Positions 1 through 14,808 of a stretch of DNA of 64,000 nt are shown here, one piece after another; within the stretch, counting starts at the first letter, position 1; the number at the start of each line of letters is the position of its first letter. The translations under genes were made by a program, and so were the position numbers. This stretch comes from the human T2T-CHM13v2.0 reference genome, Homo sapiens. The notes under the pieces were generated by a model. It was given only the letters and a program-made list of their open reading frames with translations. It was not told where the DNA came from and made no database searches. The DNA lies in NCBI RefSeq assembly GCF_009914755.1, contig NC_060927.1. One strand, 5' to 3'.

Positions 1-143
1 GTACCACATTTTCTTTACCCAGTCTATCATTGGTGGGCATTTGGGTTGGTTCCAAGTCTTTGCTATTGTGAACAGTGCTGCAGTAAACCTGTGTGTATGT
101 GTCTTTATAGTAGAATGATTTATAATCCTTTGGGTATATACTC
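1..143 (-). mobile_element. L1 fragment, ORF2 C-terminal region (primate L1PA/L1PB type), continuing off the window start
   Basis: Closely similar to 46030-46178 of the full-length L1 in this window (cagtctatcatt...gggttggttccaagtctttgctattgtgaa). Confidence 0.9.
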
Positions 144-3100
144 CACTTGATGGAATTTTAAGCCATCTGTCTATCTCTCATACAGTATATTTTGCCTGAG
201 AGGTTTCCCAGAAAAGATGCTGTTGGTTTGCTCCTTGTAGCAATGTACCCTTAGGAATAGAAAGGATGTCCCCTTTTTAGTGGTTTTAGAGAGACCACAA
301 GTCAGCTTACTTACTACTTTACAAGAGTTTGGACTCATTACCAGAAAGAATTGTACCAACAAAAAAGAAATATCATGGATTTTGAGATGATCAAGCTTCT
401 AAAATATGTTGCTACTCTTTGGCTATTATACATCAGTTTCAAGTTTTGGGATTGTTTCCTATGTTAACTTAGCAGTTCTTATTCAGAATCAATTCTCAGC
501 CAATTTTTAGAAAACAAAAATCCTTATGGAAGAGAAGAGACCTGAAGGTTTGAGTCGATAATGTTTTAATACAAACATTATTATAAAAAGATAAATATTC
601 AGTATGGATTGGGGCCTGAATTTATTTGTATTGAGAAATTGATGTTGAATTCATTTCCTTATGGGGCATCTGGTGACCAATCTTATATCCCATCTGGGTT
701 CTTATTTCATTCTACAAACATTTATGTGGGGTGCTGTGCCAGCACTTACAGGTGCCAAAGAAGAAGATGAATCAAAGGATACTTTATCACAAAGCACTCG
801 GAAATAGTGGGCAGTGCTTATAAATGAAAAATAATATAAGGCAAGAAGTATGTGCTGAGTAAAGGTGTGAGGACAAAGAAAGAATAATCATTCCAATCTA
901 GAAGGACTGGGAAAGACCTCGTTTGTGGAGGAGATGGCCGGGAGAAAGATGAAAATCGTCATTTCCATTTGCTGAAATGTTCCTATGTGGCAGGCTTGCC
1001 ATAAATCCCAAAGCCTAGCAGAGTGGCCGGTAATTAAAAAGGATGATTAATACATGAAACAAGCAAGTTTAAAAATTTTGTTTAAAAAATTTTAGGCTTC
1101 ATTGTGTGAACATCCATCCCAAAATAACCCAGACATACACTATTTGTCAGAAGGTTAGATTGGATGACTTCTATCTTCTATTATTTTTTCCGTGGCTTCA
1201 TTTTCTGTTCAAATCTAGATATTGCTTGAATCATATCCCATTGTGATAAACCAAGCCAGAATCATTGGGACGCGTTTTTTAATAGTTAATCTGTAAATTA
1301 TACGGATTTGAATCTTCTTATAGTTTTTCCTTCTCTAAGCTGCAGTGTTTACCTATTTACGTATTGAGTGCACTGACATCTAAGTCTTGATATTTTTATA
1401 TTCTCTGAGATTTCTTTGCACTTTTAATCTTAAATCTTAAATATCATGTAGGTACCTTCATGTTTTTTTCAGACCATTTTGGTTTTTGGCTGCCTGATCT
1501 TTGAGAACAAAGTAACAGCTTATCTGGTCTATATGAGATTCATTAGTTGAAGCTCTCAAAAGATTTTTGGTTTTTTCAAACAATGCCTTAAAATATAGAC
1601 AAACATTTTCTCTAGATGAGCAAGTGTACTAAAGTATGGAGAAGAAATGTGAAAGAAATGTACTAAAATTATCAAATGTTGGTATATTTAGTCTACCCTT
1701 GTTTTGATTTCATCATTTCTCTCCTCTTTCCCTCTGACTCTCATGCCATATAAATTCTGGGCATCCAGCCCTCACCCAGAGCTCATTTCAACTCACTCAC
1801 ATATCCAAAAGAAACACCACTGTGATGGCAAAAATTTTAGAAGAAAGTAAGACTTTGTTGACAGACTCTTGTAGAGGTAGTGCAAAAAGAATTACATCCT
1901 AGAACACAGAGTGAGAATTTGCTGAAATTCTCCTGTCCATATCTCAGTCTGTGTCATCTTCCATGTTCATCCAGACTCCAAACCACTCCTTTCCCACTGC
2001 CTGGTTCCACTTCCCTTCCCACTCCTCCTTCTCTCTGGCTCTGCTTTTTCCCTCCCAGACTCCTGTGTCTGTTTCCTTCAGTGGAACCTCAAGCCGTTTC
2101 TTGTACAGAAATCAGTTCCTCTTGAGCTTCACCCTCATATCATCCTGTCCAGGAAAACAAAAAGATCTTCCTTAGGACCTACAGAGCCAAGAATCTGGGG
2201 GAAAGTCAAAATGTGTAAACTAATGATTTGCTCTTGCGCTTTTCAGTTCTTTTCAATTCTTTTCAGTACTTGCTTCCTACTCCTGTTCAACTTGTTTCTT
2301 CTCGTCACCTCCCAATTCCTCATTCTCTTCCTTCCTATGTATGATATCCTTTCATTTCCCCCAAAATTAAGTCAGAAGCAAGAACATTTATATATAAATG
2401 GTTGAAGGAAAATATATATACTCAACAGTCACTTAGGAAGGTAATACCTAGTTGTGAAATACAATAATGAAAAAGTGGTCAAATTGCCTTCAATTTTCCA
2501 CAGAAATAGATAACATCTCTGGTAATTTTCCACGTTTTTCCATTGACCTAGTTGCTATTTCATTGTATAAAAGTGAGCACTCGTATTTTTCTGTACCTGA
2601 GCTTTCATACTCACTTCCTTTTCTGCCAACTTGCTCAGCTGTTTCGATCTTCACCTTCTGTCTGTCCTCACAGTTGGGGATTATACTTTGACTTTCAACA
2701 CCTGACATATCTGGAACATTCTACCTCAAAAAAGTCATTTATCTTTATATCCTTTAGGAGCATTGGATTATAAAGGTTGTACTTTTTAGTTTTATTTTGT
2801 ATGTTTTTTAAGGGCATTCACAATGCAAGCATTTAGCTTCTGACATTGATATTTTCTTTGCATTATGCTAGACATTTATCGTTTAAACAAGAACATTCTC
2901 CATCCAATTTCAATGCCTCCTCTGAGAGCATTGTACTTTTATATGCATGTAAGCCAATGAGATATGACAAATATCAGTTTGTGATTTTCTGGATTAAGTC
3001 ATGCTAGATATTTACTTATTAAGGAATGGATGGAATGAAAAAAATTAGCATATGAAGTATTTTTTAAAGCAGACAGTATTTCTTCTTTTCTGTAGGAAGA

Positions 3101-3654
3101 GGAACTGGAATATATGTTTTCCCCATCAAAAAATCCTTATTAGAGGACATCATTATCTGCTTATAAATGCTGGAAATACAATTTACAACCTCCTTTGGAT
3201 CAAACATGATGAACAAATAGACACATCATTTGATATCCCATATCACCTTTCACTTAGGAGTTTGGTGTACTTTTCAGATCAGTTCATTTGGAAGAAATAT
3301 GGACAGGTTACAGGATCAATGTGAAATAAATGAGAGCATAATCACACTGTAAGGAAGCAAAGCTGTATAGACCGGAGCAAAGATCTTCATTGTGAAATCG
3401 CTCTTCACCTTTGACCTACAAACTAGAGACAGTGGTGTCTTCTGCAGGTACAAAATTGCCTACTTGCTACCCATAACCACCTCCAGTGTCCATGACCTAA
3501 TTTATAGATTAAGCTAAATAAATAGTACCTTGGACTTGTGAAAGAAAAAATGACCCATGTGATTTTAGCATGAAAGGAGACTGAGAGTCCCTGGAATGCT
3601 TCCTTTACTTGCTATAGGATGCTGTTAACTATGATGATAATGACAAATGTAAAC

Positions 3655-3893
3655 ATAACAGCTAACATGAGACACTTATTCTGTGCCAGGCACTACTCTA
3701 GTCTCCTTGTTTGTATAAATTCATTTGATCCTCACCATAAACCTATAATGTACTACCATTACTAACTTCATTTTACTTAAGAGGAACCTGCAGCACAGCT
3801 CTTCATAACTTGCCCAGTAGTGTCACACACTTAGCAAGTAAGGGAGAAGGATTTGAGCCCAAGCAGTCTGATTTCAGACTTCATACTCTTCAA
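3655..3893 (-). mobile_element. MIR SINE
   Basis: Reverse-complement MIR core (tgtgccaggcact...cattttac...aacttgccc...ggatttgagcccaagcagtctg). Confidence 0.8.
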
Positions 3894-4869
3894 TGTTAGC
3901 TTAAATGGACTCTATTGTGACCTAGCTTTCAGCAGGAAGCATAAACCAGTGTCTTTACAAAATGCTGATTTCTGCTTTAGTACTTGTCTTCCTTTGAGTG
4001 GACAGTGAAGAAATTGCTATTGCCCTTTCATGTCCTTGCTTGGTGAGGAGGAACATTTTCTGTTCCACAGTGTAGGGACTCTTCTGTCCTTGTCTACCTG
4101 ACAGTTTGGAGGAGAAAGATACTGGGAACACTATAGATTGGGGAGGACAGGAATTCTGAGATGAATTTTGGGCTGGACACGTGCTGGCAAATGTGATACT
4201 ATTTTAGAAAGGGGAAATTTTAAAATTTCACATTCCAAACCAGATATATTATCTATTGATTATTGGTTATGCATTCATCCTTATATAGTGGTGCCCAGTT
4301 GGGTGGCATCTTAGGGCTTGCTCACAAATTCTTCTAATTTCCACCTGAAGATCCTGGCTTTGGGTCACCTGCCCAATATTTACAGATAGGGCTGCTCATC
4401 CAGTGGACTTTTATATTCCCCCTACTTTACCATGTCACCACTTTGGCCTTTTAAAAAAGTCAATAATTGTAATTTATTTCCCAGATCTTGTCATCTCAGA
4501 TTTATTTTTAAGAAACAAAGCACCCCTCTGATTTATGATCTATAATTAGACTTTTATTTCCAGAGATCTGTGGGCCAGGCCAGCCTGTGGTCCTATCAGC
4601 TCAATGACTGCTGTTTCTCACACGCAATGTTGAGGCATCTCTCACTCAGCACAAACCTATTTTGCTAATAGTCATATACTCTGTCTTCTCAAACCCAAGG
4701 TTCTGTGTATATTCCCTCATACTTTTCCTTAGGTTGATTAAATATTTAATATATTTGGTTAAAAAAGCCTCTCCATTTTTAGTATATCATTAATACTAAC
4801 TTATTTTATAACATTATACATGATTATTATCTGTTTAAGATCTCACCTTCTATTTCCAAGTATCTCATC

Positions 4870-5870
<1,001 letters not shown>

Positions 5871-6247
5871 AAAGATCCCCTGGCATCATTTATAAGTTGA
5901 TTGCATGTTTTGCCTAAAGTCGTAGAGCCTGTCACCTCTCTTTCAAGTTGAGGAAAACTCTCTCTGAGCCCACCAATTCCTGGATGTCAAGTTTGGCTAC
6001 AGGTGACCTTCAGAGAAGGCTTGGTAAATCCATGTGAGGTTAGACTAGTTGCACAATTACTGGTGAAGGTGGGTCCCTTAACTCTCTCCTATTTATCTAT
6101 CTGCCCTGCCCCCAAATCTTGGCCACTTTCTAATAAATATTACAGCTTGAAGGCTACTCTGTGGATCTCCAAAGAGATACTGACTTCAAGGGCAATTCCT
6201 CTCATTTCGTTGCCAGGGATTTTGAATACTTTCTTGCCACATTGATA

Positions 6248-6760
6248 TTCATTTGTTTTTTCATTTGTACAATCATTCACTTATTGAGCACTTATCTAAC
6301 ACTTATTGAGTGCTAAGTCCCTCACCAGGAACTAATTCCTGCTCTCTGAGACCCATAGTCTAGTGGAGCAGACAAATACGTGATTGTTAGCTATGTCACG
6401 ATAATTGCAGCCATGACATAGAGCTATGAGGAGACATAGCTTGGGAGAGGTCAGGGAAGAATGTAGAAATAATGGTAGCTGTGCTAAGTCTTGAAGAATG
6501 AGTGCACTTGTTTCCAGGCAGAGAAGGGTAGGAGAAGGGTGTTCCAGACAGAAGAAAGAACAAGTAGAAAGGCAATGGGCATGAATGAGCACAGTGTGTC
6601 TAGAGAAACTTGAGGAGTGCAGAACTGCAGGTGGGTGACCTATGAAGGGGCTTTTGTCTGGAGATGACGCCAAAGAGGAAAGGACCAGATGTGCAGGGCC
6701 TTGTGTATCATGTCGAAGAATTTGTACTTTTATCTTAGAAGCCTGTAATGAAGCATCCAC
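6248..6760 (-). mobile_element. L2 LINE 3' fragment
   Basis: tcattcacttattgagcac tail followed by a purine-rich L2 antisense body. Confidence 0.75.
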
Positions 6761-7794
6761 AAACCATGGGTCCTATATGACCCTCCCCAAGCCCACAGTC
6801 TTGCTTCACGTGGAAAGATTAGAAAGTTACCTTCTTGTTGCTGCTTTTAAAAAATGTCTAGGTGTTAATATTTTATGTCTAAACTACAGTTTCCATTTTT
6901 TTCCAATGACATTCTTTTACTCAATAAAGTAGGCAATCCATTTTGGAAGAAATACAGTTCAGTAAAATGACTTTCAGTTTTAGTGGAAAAAAATCAGCCT
7001 ATAAATATTTTAATCTTTTCCTCTGGTATGTGGAAGGGATCTTTTTCAGTGGTTTCTGCAGGGAAGAGAAACAGTAAGATTTGCATTTTAGAGAGATCAC
7101 TCCAGAGGCAACGTGGAGAGAGAAGGTCTCTGGCAAGATGCATTCTACTGCTCTGAAGGCCCAATTTAAGCAAATCCTTTTAAAGCATCTTTTGGCCAGA
7201 CAGGACAACAGGAAGAAAACATATTTTCACGGCATGCCATTTTATGCAAGTGGGAATGCAATCCAAAGAAAATTGTGTGCGTGCTCTCTCTCTCTGAAAC
7301 AGAGAAATGAAGAAAAGAAAGACAAAGAAAGCCACAAGACACCTTTCCATAGATTGCATAAAAGCCTGATGGTATTTAAATTATTATATTATAAATGATT
7401 CTCTGCTGATTGTACCATTAACAGACCACAGATAGAAGCATTAGGAAATCACAGGGCGATGCTGAATTTTGTCTACAGTATGTGTAGTTTAATGGACTGT
7501 CTTGCCTTGTAGAATTCTTTATCGTATTTTATCATAATTTTAATGACTCTCATTGTCATATTTCAGAACAATGAGTCTGAAAAATCTTCCTTATGATTTT
7601 TTAGTGAGTCACTTTGGGAAGGTGATGATCAAGAAAAAAGTTGGAAAAATTGAGACAGATTATCAAAACCTTTAGAAAGTCAAGATTTTGTGTTCCAGGA
7701 ATCTTTAGTCAATGTTGGTGGGAAGGTGTAATTTCAGGGTAACCAATCAGGAATTCTGTATCGAGGTCAGTGTAACAGTTTGTCCAGTGCTTTG

Positions 7795-7938
7795 CAGAAC
7801 CTGTCTTCTTTCCTGGACAGTAAGCTGTCTGAGGCTAGAAGCCACGTTCCTCTCTGCTCACAGCTGAATCCATAGTACATGGCACAGAGCCCGAACTCTA
7901 GCAGGTGCTCAGTGAATGTCAAGTGGATGTATAAATGA
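7795..7938 (+). mobile_element. L2 3' end
   Basis: gtaagct..tgaggc...agcaggtgctcagtgaatgt, matching the L2 3' terminus. Confidence 0.65.
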
Positions 7939-8999
7939 TGCCTGCATGGCTGCAGTATTAATCTATAGAATCTAGGGTTCAGGGTAGTCACATTTGCTGA
8001 ATTATAAGCAGTTTAAAGTAGAAGCTATTGTTAAAAAAAAAAAACTTTAAAAAAACTATGCAGGGGTCAATACTCGTCAGAAAAGCAATGACATTAAAAG
8101 TAGGAAGATAAACAACAACCCTAGTTTCTTAGAGATGTTTAGCCAAGATGTTTTTGAATTCATTTCACTACAAAGAGATCACTGCTGTTATCATTTCATT
8201 ATGTAACCTCTCATCTTGTTTACAATGCATAACTCTATGTGAGTGTTTATTTTCATAAAAAGGGATGCTATTGTATGTTCAGTTCAGTAGCCTATTTTTT
8301 CTACTAATCTGTCACCCATATCTGCATTTTAACTCATATGTGACTTTCACTGTACATGATCCTGCTTCAGTATCTTCCTTCTCTAGTACACTATAAACTC
8401 CAAGTGGGCAGGGGCTGTGTCTCTCTTGTCCTCTGTCTACATCCAAGCCCTGCCATCTGCTGGTCCCCATATCAGCACTAGTTGATTCATGGCTACTGTT
8501 TTGTTTGTATTAATTGCATAGTTTCTTATTCTCTGAATATAGCATAATTCATTTGCTTAATCTTCTATTGTTGAAATCTTAGATTTTAAAAAATGTTTTT
8601 CTCCAGAGTATTCATAGATGATTTTACTCATATTAATATTAGCAATTATGCATATTTCTAATTGTTTTAGTAATTATTATAGAATAATACATGAATATAA
8701 TCACCATATAAAAGTGGAAACCTTATGGATAAGGGACAAGTACTCTTTAACAATCAACTTTCTGTGCAAGGAGAGTCATAATAATCAGTTTGAGTCTTTT
8801 TAGGTCATTTCTAGGCTTTTATATAATATATATGCACTAAGAAAATGTATGCTATTGTACATGTGTGTATTTTATACGATTGATATGATGTCATTCTTAT
8901 TATTCTGCAAATTTCTCTCCAGTCAAAGATTGTGTAGCATTTCATCTTATAGATCTCCTATGATAGACAATCTCTTATATTTCTTACTATTTTAAACCA

Positions 9000-9472
9000 T
9001 GAAGAGTCGCATTACCCCAGATGCAGACCTTGAAACAAGGATTTGAGTCAGGTAGTTTACTTGGAGGTCATTGATGATCTCCAGAGATACAAGTGGGCAA
9101 ATGAGACAGGGAAGGGAAAGCAACCAATATGTGTTGCTTCCATAAGTGAGTTGCTGATGCAGACAACTGAGACTCAGTTTTGCTGGGGCTTTCTGGGGGA
9201 CTGTGAAGGACATACCTCAGAGAAGTCCCATTGGAGGGGTGAATAAACCAGGGTATTAACCCGCCAACTCCAGCACATTGGCTGGGGATGCTCCCAGGGC
9301 TAATCACTCCATACATTTCTGATCTGCCCTGTGGGTGGGCCAAACACATCCCTGCATTTATGTTCATAGAAAGTCCTCCAGCAGTCACAGACATGCACAG
9401 TAGGAAGCTGCTGGTATGTGGAACGACACCTTCTGATAGGATATGGACAGGACATTGAGGGCATCTGCTATA
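9000..9472 (-). mobile_element. ERV-L solo LTR (LTR33/LTR41/LTR52 group)
   Basis: ccccagatgcagaccttgaaacaaggatttgagt..gtagtttacttggagg is the reverse of the U5/poly(A) signal end. The other end reads gcatctgctata. Confidence 0.75.
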
Positions 9473-9970
9473 ACATTGTTTTGTGTTTATGGCTATATTT
9501 TAATAAATATTTTTGGGATGATATTCAGATTATTCTTTTAACATTTGTAACTGGACCTTAAGTCTTGGCTTGCTGTGTTTCTTGAGAAAAACACTATTGC
9601 AAGGCAATTTTACTCACCTGCTCCATCGTTCAGTCACTTGAAACTGCTCCTATTCCCTTTAAGCCTCCCCTCCTGCTGAGCCAGCCAATCACCTTAACAC
9701 TCTCTGACTGTCCCATAAACAAATGAAGTCTGTCTCTCTGTAACCTTCTCTCAAGGGAGGGTCACTGCTCCTATAGGTGGGGTTCAACTGAGTAGAGTCA
9801 AGAAACCTAGTCTCTGATTTAATGACTCTGAAGCTCTAATGTAAACTCTGTGTCCAAGAAAGTGCCTATATTAATACCGACTAAAGAGAATGTAATTTTT
9901 CCTGGTGCTCTGGTGGTGGGACTAATGATCTACACTTATTTCGAGAAGGTTGTTAAGGTTTCCTCTAGTC

Positions 9971-10168
9971 CAGTGGCTCAGGAAGTGTGGTCATCATACC
10001 AGCAGCATCAACATCACCTGAAACCTGTTAGAGTTGCACATTCCTGATTCCTTCCTTCCTCCTTCTGCCAGACCTACTAATTCAAATTCTCTGGAAGTGA
10101 GACCCAGCAATCTGTTTAAAAAAGCCCTTCAGGAGATTTTGATGAACACTAATGATTGAGAATCACTG
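9971..10168. mobile_element. MER5A (hAT-Charlie MITE)
   Basis: cagtgg...atcactg termini and internal accagcagcatcaacatcacctg. Degenerate 8-bp TSD ctctagtc/ttctagcc fits the NTCTAGAN target. Confidence 0.85.
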
Positions 10169-11291
10169 TTCTAGCCTTTTATAATTTACATTTATCCCAA
10201 TTATTTTGTTCAACCAATTTTTACAAAATAAAAAGTTTTGAGCAAAGTAGTAAATTCCTTTCCGTTTCAAAACTTTTTTTCTTTAATAACACATACATCG
10301 CCAATGAAGATTCCAGTGCTCTCAGTCCCTGCACATTCATGGATTATGCAACTCTAAGATACGTAACATTGTCTTGAAAATTGCATTAAGACAGTGCCTC
10401 TCTTCTGCCAAACATCAAAGATTATTACAAATGTACACATTAATTATCTTATTTGCAATTAATATGGCTAATAATTATAAAGGCATGTGCCTTGCTGTAA
10501 ATAAAGACATAATCCAAAAACAAGAAAAAATCCCTTTTATTCCAGTTGCTCTTCCTCCACCTTGTATGATTGTTTACATTCCCGAAAGACTCTGTGTTGA
10601 GATTCTTTTACATGAACATATCCTTCTTGCATGTAAAATGACCTGATTAAAAATAATGGAACCAACAAATTTGGGTTACCAAAATTCAGTTTTTGTACTC
10701 TCCAAGAGTTTATGCATGGATTAAAGTTAGAGAACACACATATATGCCTTTGAGTTGCAATGGCAACATTCTTACTGAGAACATTATGCCAATCATATAG
10801 ACTATTTCATGCATCTTTGCTCCATCCCTGTAAAGGACAGATTTTTTTTTCTCCCATTTTCCTGATAGGGATAACTCAAAGTGGAGAAGTTTAGAAACTG
10901 AACCTGGGTTGAAAAGGTTTGGAAACTAATACTTTGCTCATTTTTTCCATTCAGGTATTGAAAACTCTTTATTGAGTGTCTGCTATGTTAGGCATTGTGC
11001 TAGGTGCTGGAGCTGTGTGGAGAAACAGGACAGTCAGCCAGAGCTTTCGGTCTAGAATGGGCAAAAGCCATGTTCTCTAGGACTTTTCCCACTATAAACC
11101 AGAGTTTTCTCAATTTCTTCACCTTTGATTCGAATGTATCTTGTCTACAGTAAAAGATAAAATTTGGGTTATGCTGGTGAAGGAAGGGCATAGAGGACCC
11201 AAGAAGGTATGGCTTGTGGAACACAATTCTTTATTTCCTATCTGAGCTCTTGGTTCTTCACATACCATGGCTTGAAAATCATGGACCTGGA

Positions 11292-11575
11292 GTAGAGATT
11301 GCAAACATATCTTACAAAGAGCTTTGGCTGGACACCATCCGTGCTGTTATCATATTGTTCAACAATTTTGCATTATTTGCCAATAGTTTTAAAATATAAA
11401 AAAATCCAGATTTTCTACTTTAATGGGAAAATTGACAGACCTGGCCACAATGAGCCTTCTTTTTCTCATGACTGACCTCCATTCTTCATAGACTCCTCAC
11501 CCCTCCACTTTCAGTTTTTTCCTACCCTAATTTGCATTACCTGCCTTGAGCCTGTAGGGTACTGTATTTATAGAC
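11292..11575 (+). mobile_element. MER102-like hAT element
   Basis: agagattgcaaac...aaaaatccagattttc...ttacctgccttgagcctgtagg. Confidence 0.6.
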
Positions 11576-11698
11576 ATAACTTTATATTTGGGAAACTAAA
11601 CAATATAGAATTTCCCCAGTGTTTGAGACCATAATAATTCTTTACATTTGTCTAGTGATTACATCCTTGTGCATTATATCTAGCAGATATTGTTTTCA

Positions 11699-12040
<342 letters not shown>

Positions 12041-12220
12041 TTATATTTAAATAGAGCACCAACTATAGCTGTGCATAGTCTATGTGTTTATGCGCTAATT
12101 TTCATGACATATCTTAGAATGGTAGTATTTTTGCTACTGTTTTATAGTTGACAGGCACAGAGGCTGGTGACTCCAGTTCAATTCCTCAAACCTTCAAGCA
12201 CACATTAATTTTCATTTTAA

Positions 12221-12536
<316 letters not shown>

Positions 12537-13205
12537 TATATTATGCCATTCTGAGTTTGTATGTTAACAGAAAGAGAGTACACTGCTTTATGTAAAAAAC
12601 TGACAGGTGATTGCCTTTTGCTTCACTCTTTGTTGAGTGATTCTGCTGCTACTTACTTAAAGTAGAAAGTGGTGATACTGGAAGGATAAAAGGGACTGTT
12701 AAAATTGTCTTTGCAATAATTTATTATTTTTGTTCTTTATAAGCCACCTAGGTCCCCTGAGCCTCTGAGTTTTTCTATAAGGGATGGAAGAAGACTTGTT
12801 TTAAAAAAATAATTGAAAGATTAACTTGCTTAATTAATTTCCTTTAAAAGTAAAGAACTATGCAAATAGAATAAAGAATACTGCTCAGAAGCCACACATG
12901 AAAAATAAAGAAGTGAGTCCATTATTCATAGAATTTTCTATGAGTTCTTTTTCTCTGGCATCTAAAAGTGAGGCTGGACTTTTGCCTTTTTTCCCTCTGA
13001 ATTCTAAAAGAGGCTAAGGCTGCTTGCAGGATTTAAACATTTTTTCTCTTCTAGATTTCTTTCTTCCCAGGTCATTTTACAGGCTCTTGGATGTTGCTTG
13101 CCAGAGTCAAAACCTGCCTGTGTTGTTGCTGAGGGCATTTATTTTGAAGTGGGCTATTTCTAGGAATGCATGTAGGAGTCTTCAAGAAAAATTCATTTCT
13201 GTTTT

Positions 13206-13300
13206 TTTTTAACTTATTTTTTATTATACCTTAATTTCTAGGGTACATGTGCACAATGTGCGGGTTTGTTACATATGTATACATGTAAAAAATAAAAAGA
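13206..13300 (-). mobile_element. Extremely truncated L1PA 3' end, double-tailed
   Basis: ttattatacc..tctagggtacatgtgcacaatgtgcgggtttgttacatatgtatacatgt is the antisense L1PA 3' end. Flanked by a 22-bp direct repeat at 13184-13205 and 13301-13322. Confidence 0.9.
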
Positions 13301-14049
13301 AAGAAAAATTCATTTCTGTTTTCTGACCTAGAACCCCCTGCCCATTATCCCAGCCAACCTTTTCCACTCAGACAAAAAGGCTAGGAAAATCACAGTCCTC
13401 AATTTTAGGATTCTACTCTTTGAAGACCCAAGTCTGGTACCATGTTTCACAAACATACTGTGTCCTTAGATTTGGATGAGAACCCTTTCTGTTACTTCAT
13501 TCGTTTGTTCCTTCATTCTTCTTTCCTAATTCAACTTCTCTCCTAGTTCAGACTCTTAAAGGATTATGAACTTCTCCCTTGCAGGACTTACTGCAATTAT
13601 AGTGTTACATTTATTTTTAATTCTTCTGCTTTTATCTCTGGCATTTTAACTCAATGATGGTAGGGACTTTTGTTCTTTTATGGTTTGTCACTGAAACCCT
13701 AGTGTCTTACAAAATGATGATTACATATCTGTTGAGTGAAAACGTGGTAAGCAGCTTGTGTTGTCCATTTTTATGGCTCTTTGTTTTGCTCAGAAAAAAA
13801 TCTGAACTTTCTGCAGTGACCTAAGAGGCCCTGGATAATCCTGCCTCCAGTCACCTCCCTGACTTCACCTCCTGCTGCTTTCCCTCTTGGCTGTTTCACT
13901 CCAGCCTGGGCCTGGGTTCTCCCACGGTTTAAGGAAACAGATATATTCTCTTCATTCAAGACACTGAAAACAATTTCATCTTCTTACATTGATATATTGA
14001 CATTGATAGTCAAATAGGAGATGAAAGTAGAGAGAGAGAAAGTGTGCTA

Positions 14050-14270
14050 CTAAAGAATGAACATGGAATTTTAGAATTGGGCCAGAATTCAAATTATGGT
14101 CCAGCCACTTGCTAGGTGTTAGACCTTGGGCAAGTTTCAAAATTTTTCTGGGTCTCTTCTCCCAGTCTTTAAGATGGGAATGATAATACTGTTGTTGCAG
14201 AAATGTTGTGAGGATTGGACATAAAGTGGCAAAATTACTGACATATAGAAGTTAATTGATAGTAATTATT
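14050..14270 (+). mobile_element. MIR SINE
   Basis: ccacttgctaggtgttagaccttgggcaagt...gttgtgaggatt core. Confidence 0.75.
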
Positions 14271-14289
14271 ATCACATGTTCATCGTAAT

Positions 14290-14808
14290 TGTATGAATCG
14301 GCTATTGCTGTGTGGAAAGATACCCACAGGAACTCAGGGCTTAAATAGTAGCATTTTCTTTTTCTGCAGGCCTCTGTGGGTTGACTGGGGGCACCTCAGC
14401 TGATCTCAGCTGGCTCACTTATACAACTAGGAGTGTGCTGATCTTGGCTGGGAGTTTCTGCTCTGAGTCGTGGGGCCAGTTAGCTGAGGTCTGGGTCTGC
14501 TCCTTGTGTCTCATTCTCTGGCCTAGGTAGAAGGGCATTAGCTATCCAAATGGAGCTCTTCTCATGGCAATGGCAGAGGAGCAATAGGGGAAAAATAATA
14601 CAAGAGACCTCTTAAGACCTAGGCTTGAAACTGGCACAATGTACCTATCCCTATAATCCATTGACCAAAAAAAAGTCATATGTGCGAGTCCAATGTTCAG
14701 AGGTGGGGCATTACATTTTCTTTTGTTAGATAAACTACAAAGGTATCTGGCAAAAGATAAGAATACAGGAAGAGCTGAAGGACTGGGACCAATAATGTAA
14801 TCCACCAT
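14290..14808 (-). mobile_element. MLT1H-type MaLR solo LTR
   Basis: ggctattgctgtg...ctcttaagacctaggcttgaaactggcaca...aatccaccata, the reverse MLT1H pattern. Confidence 0.75.
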
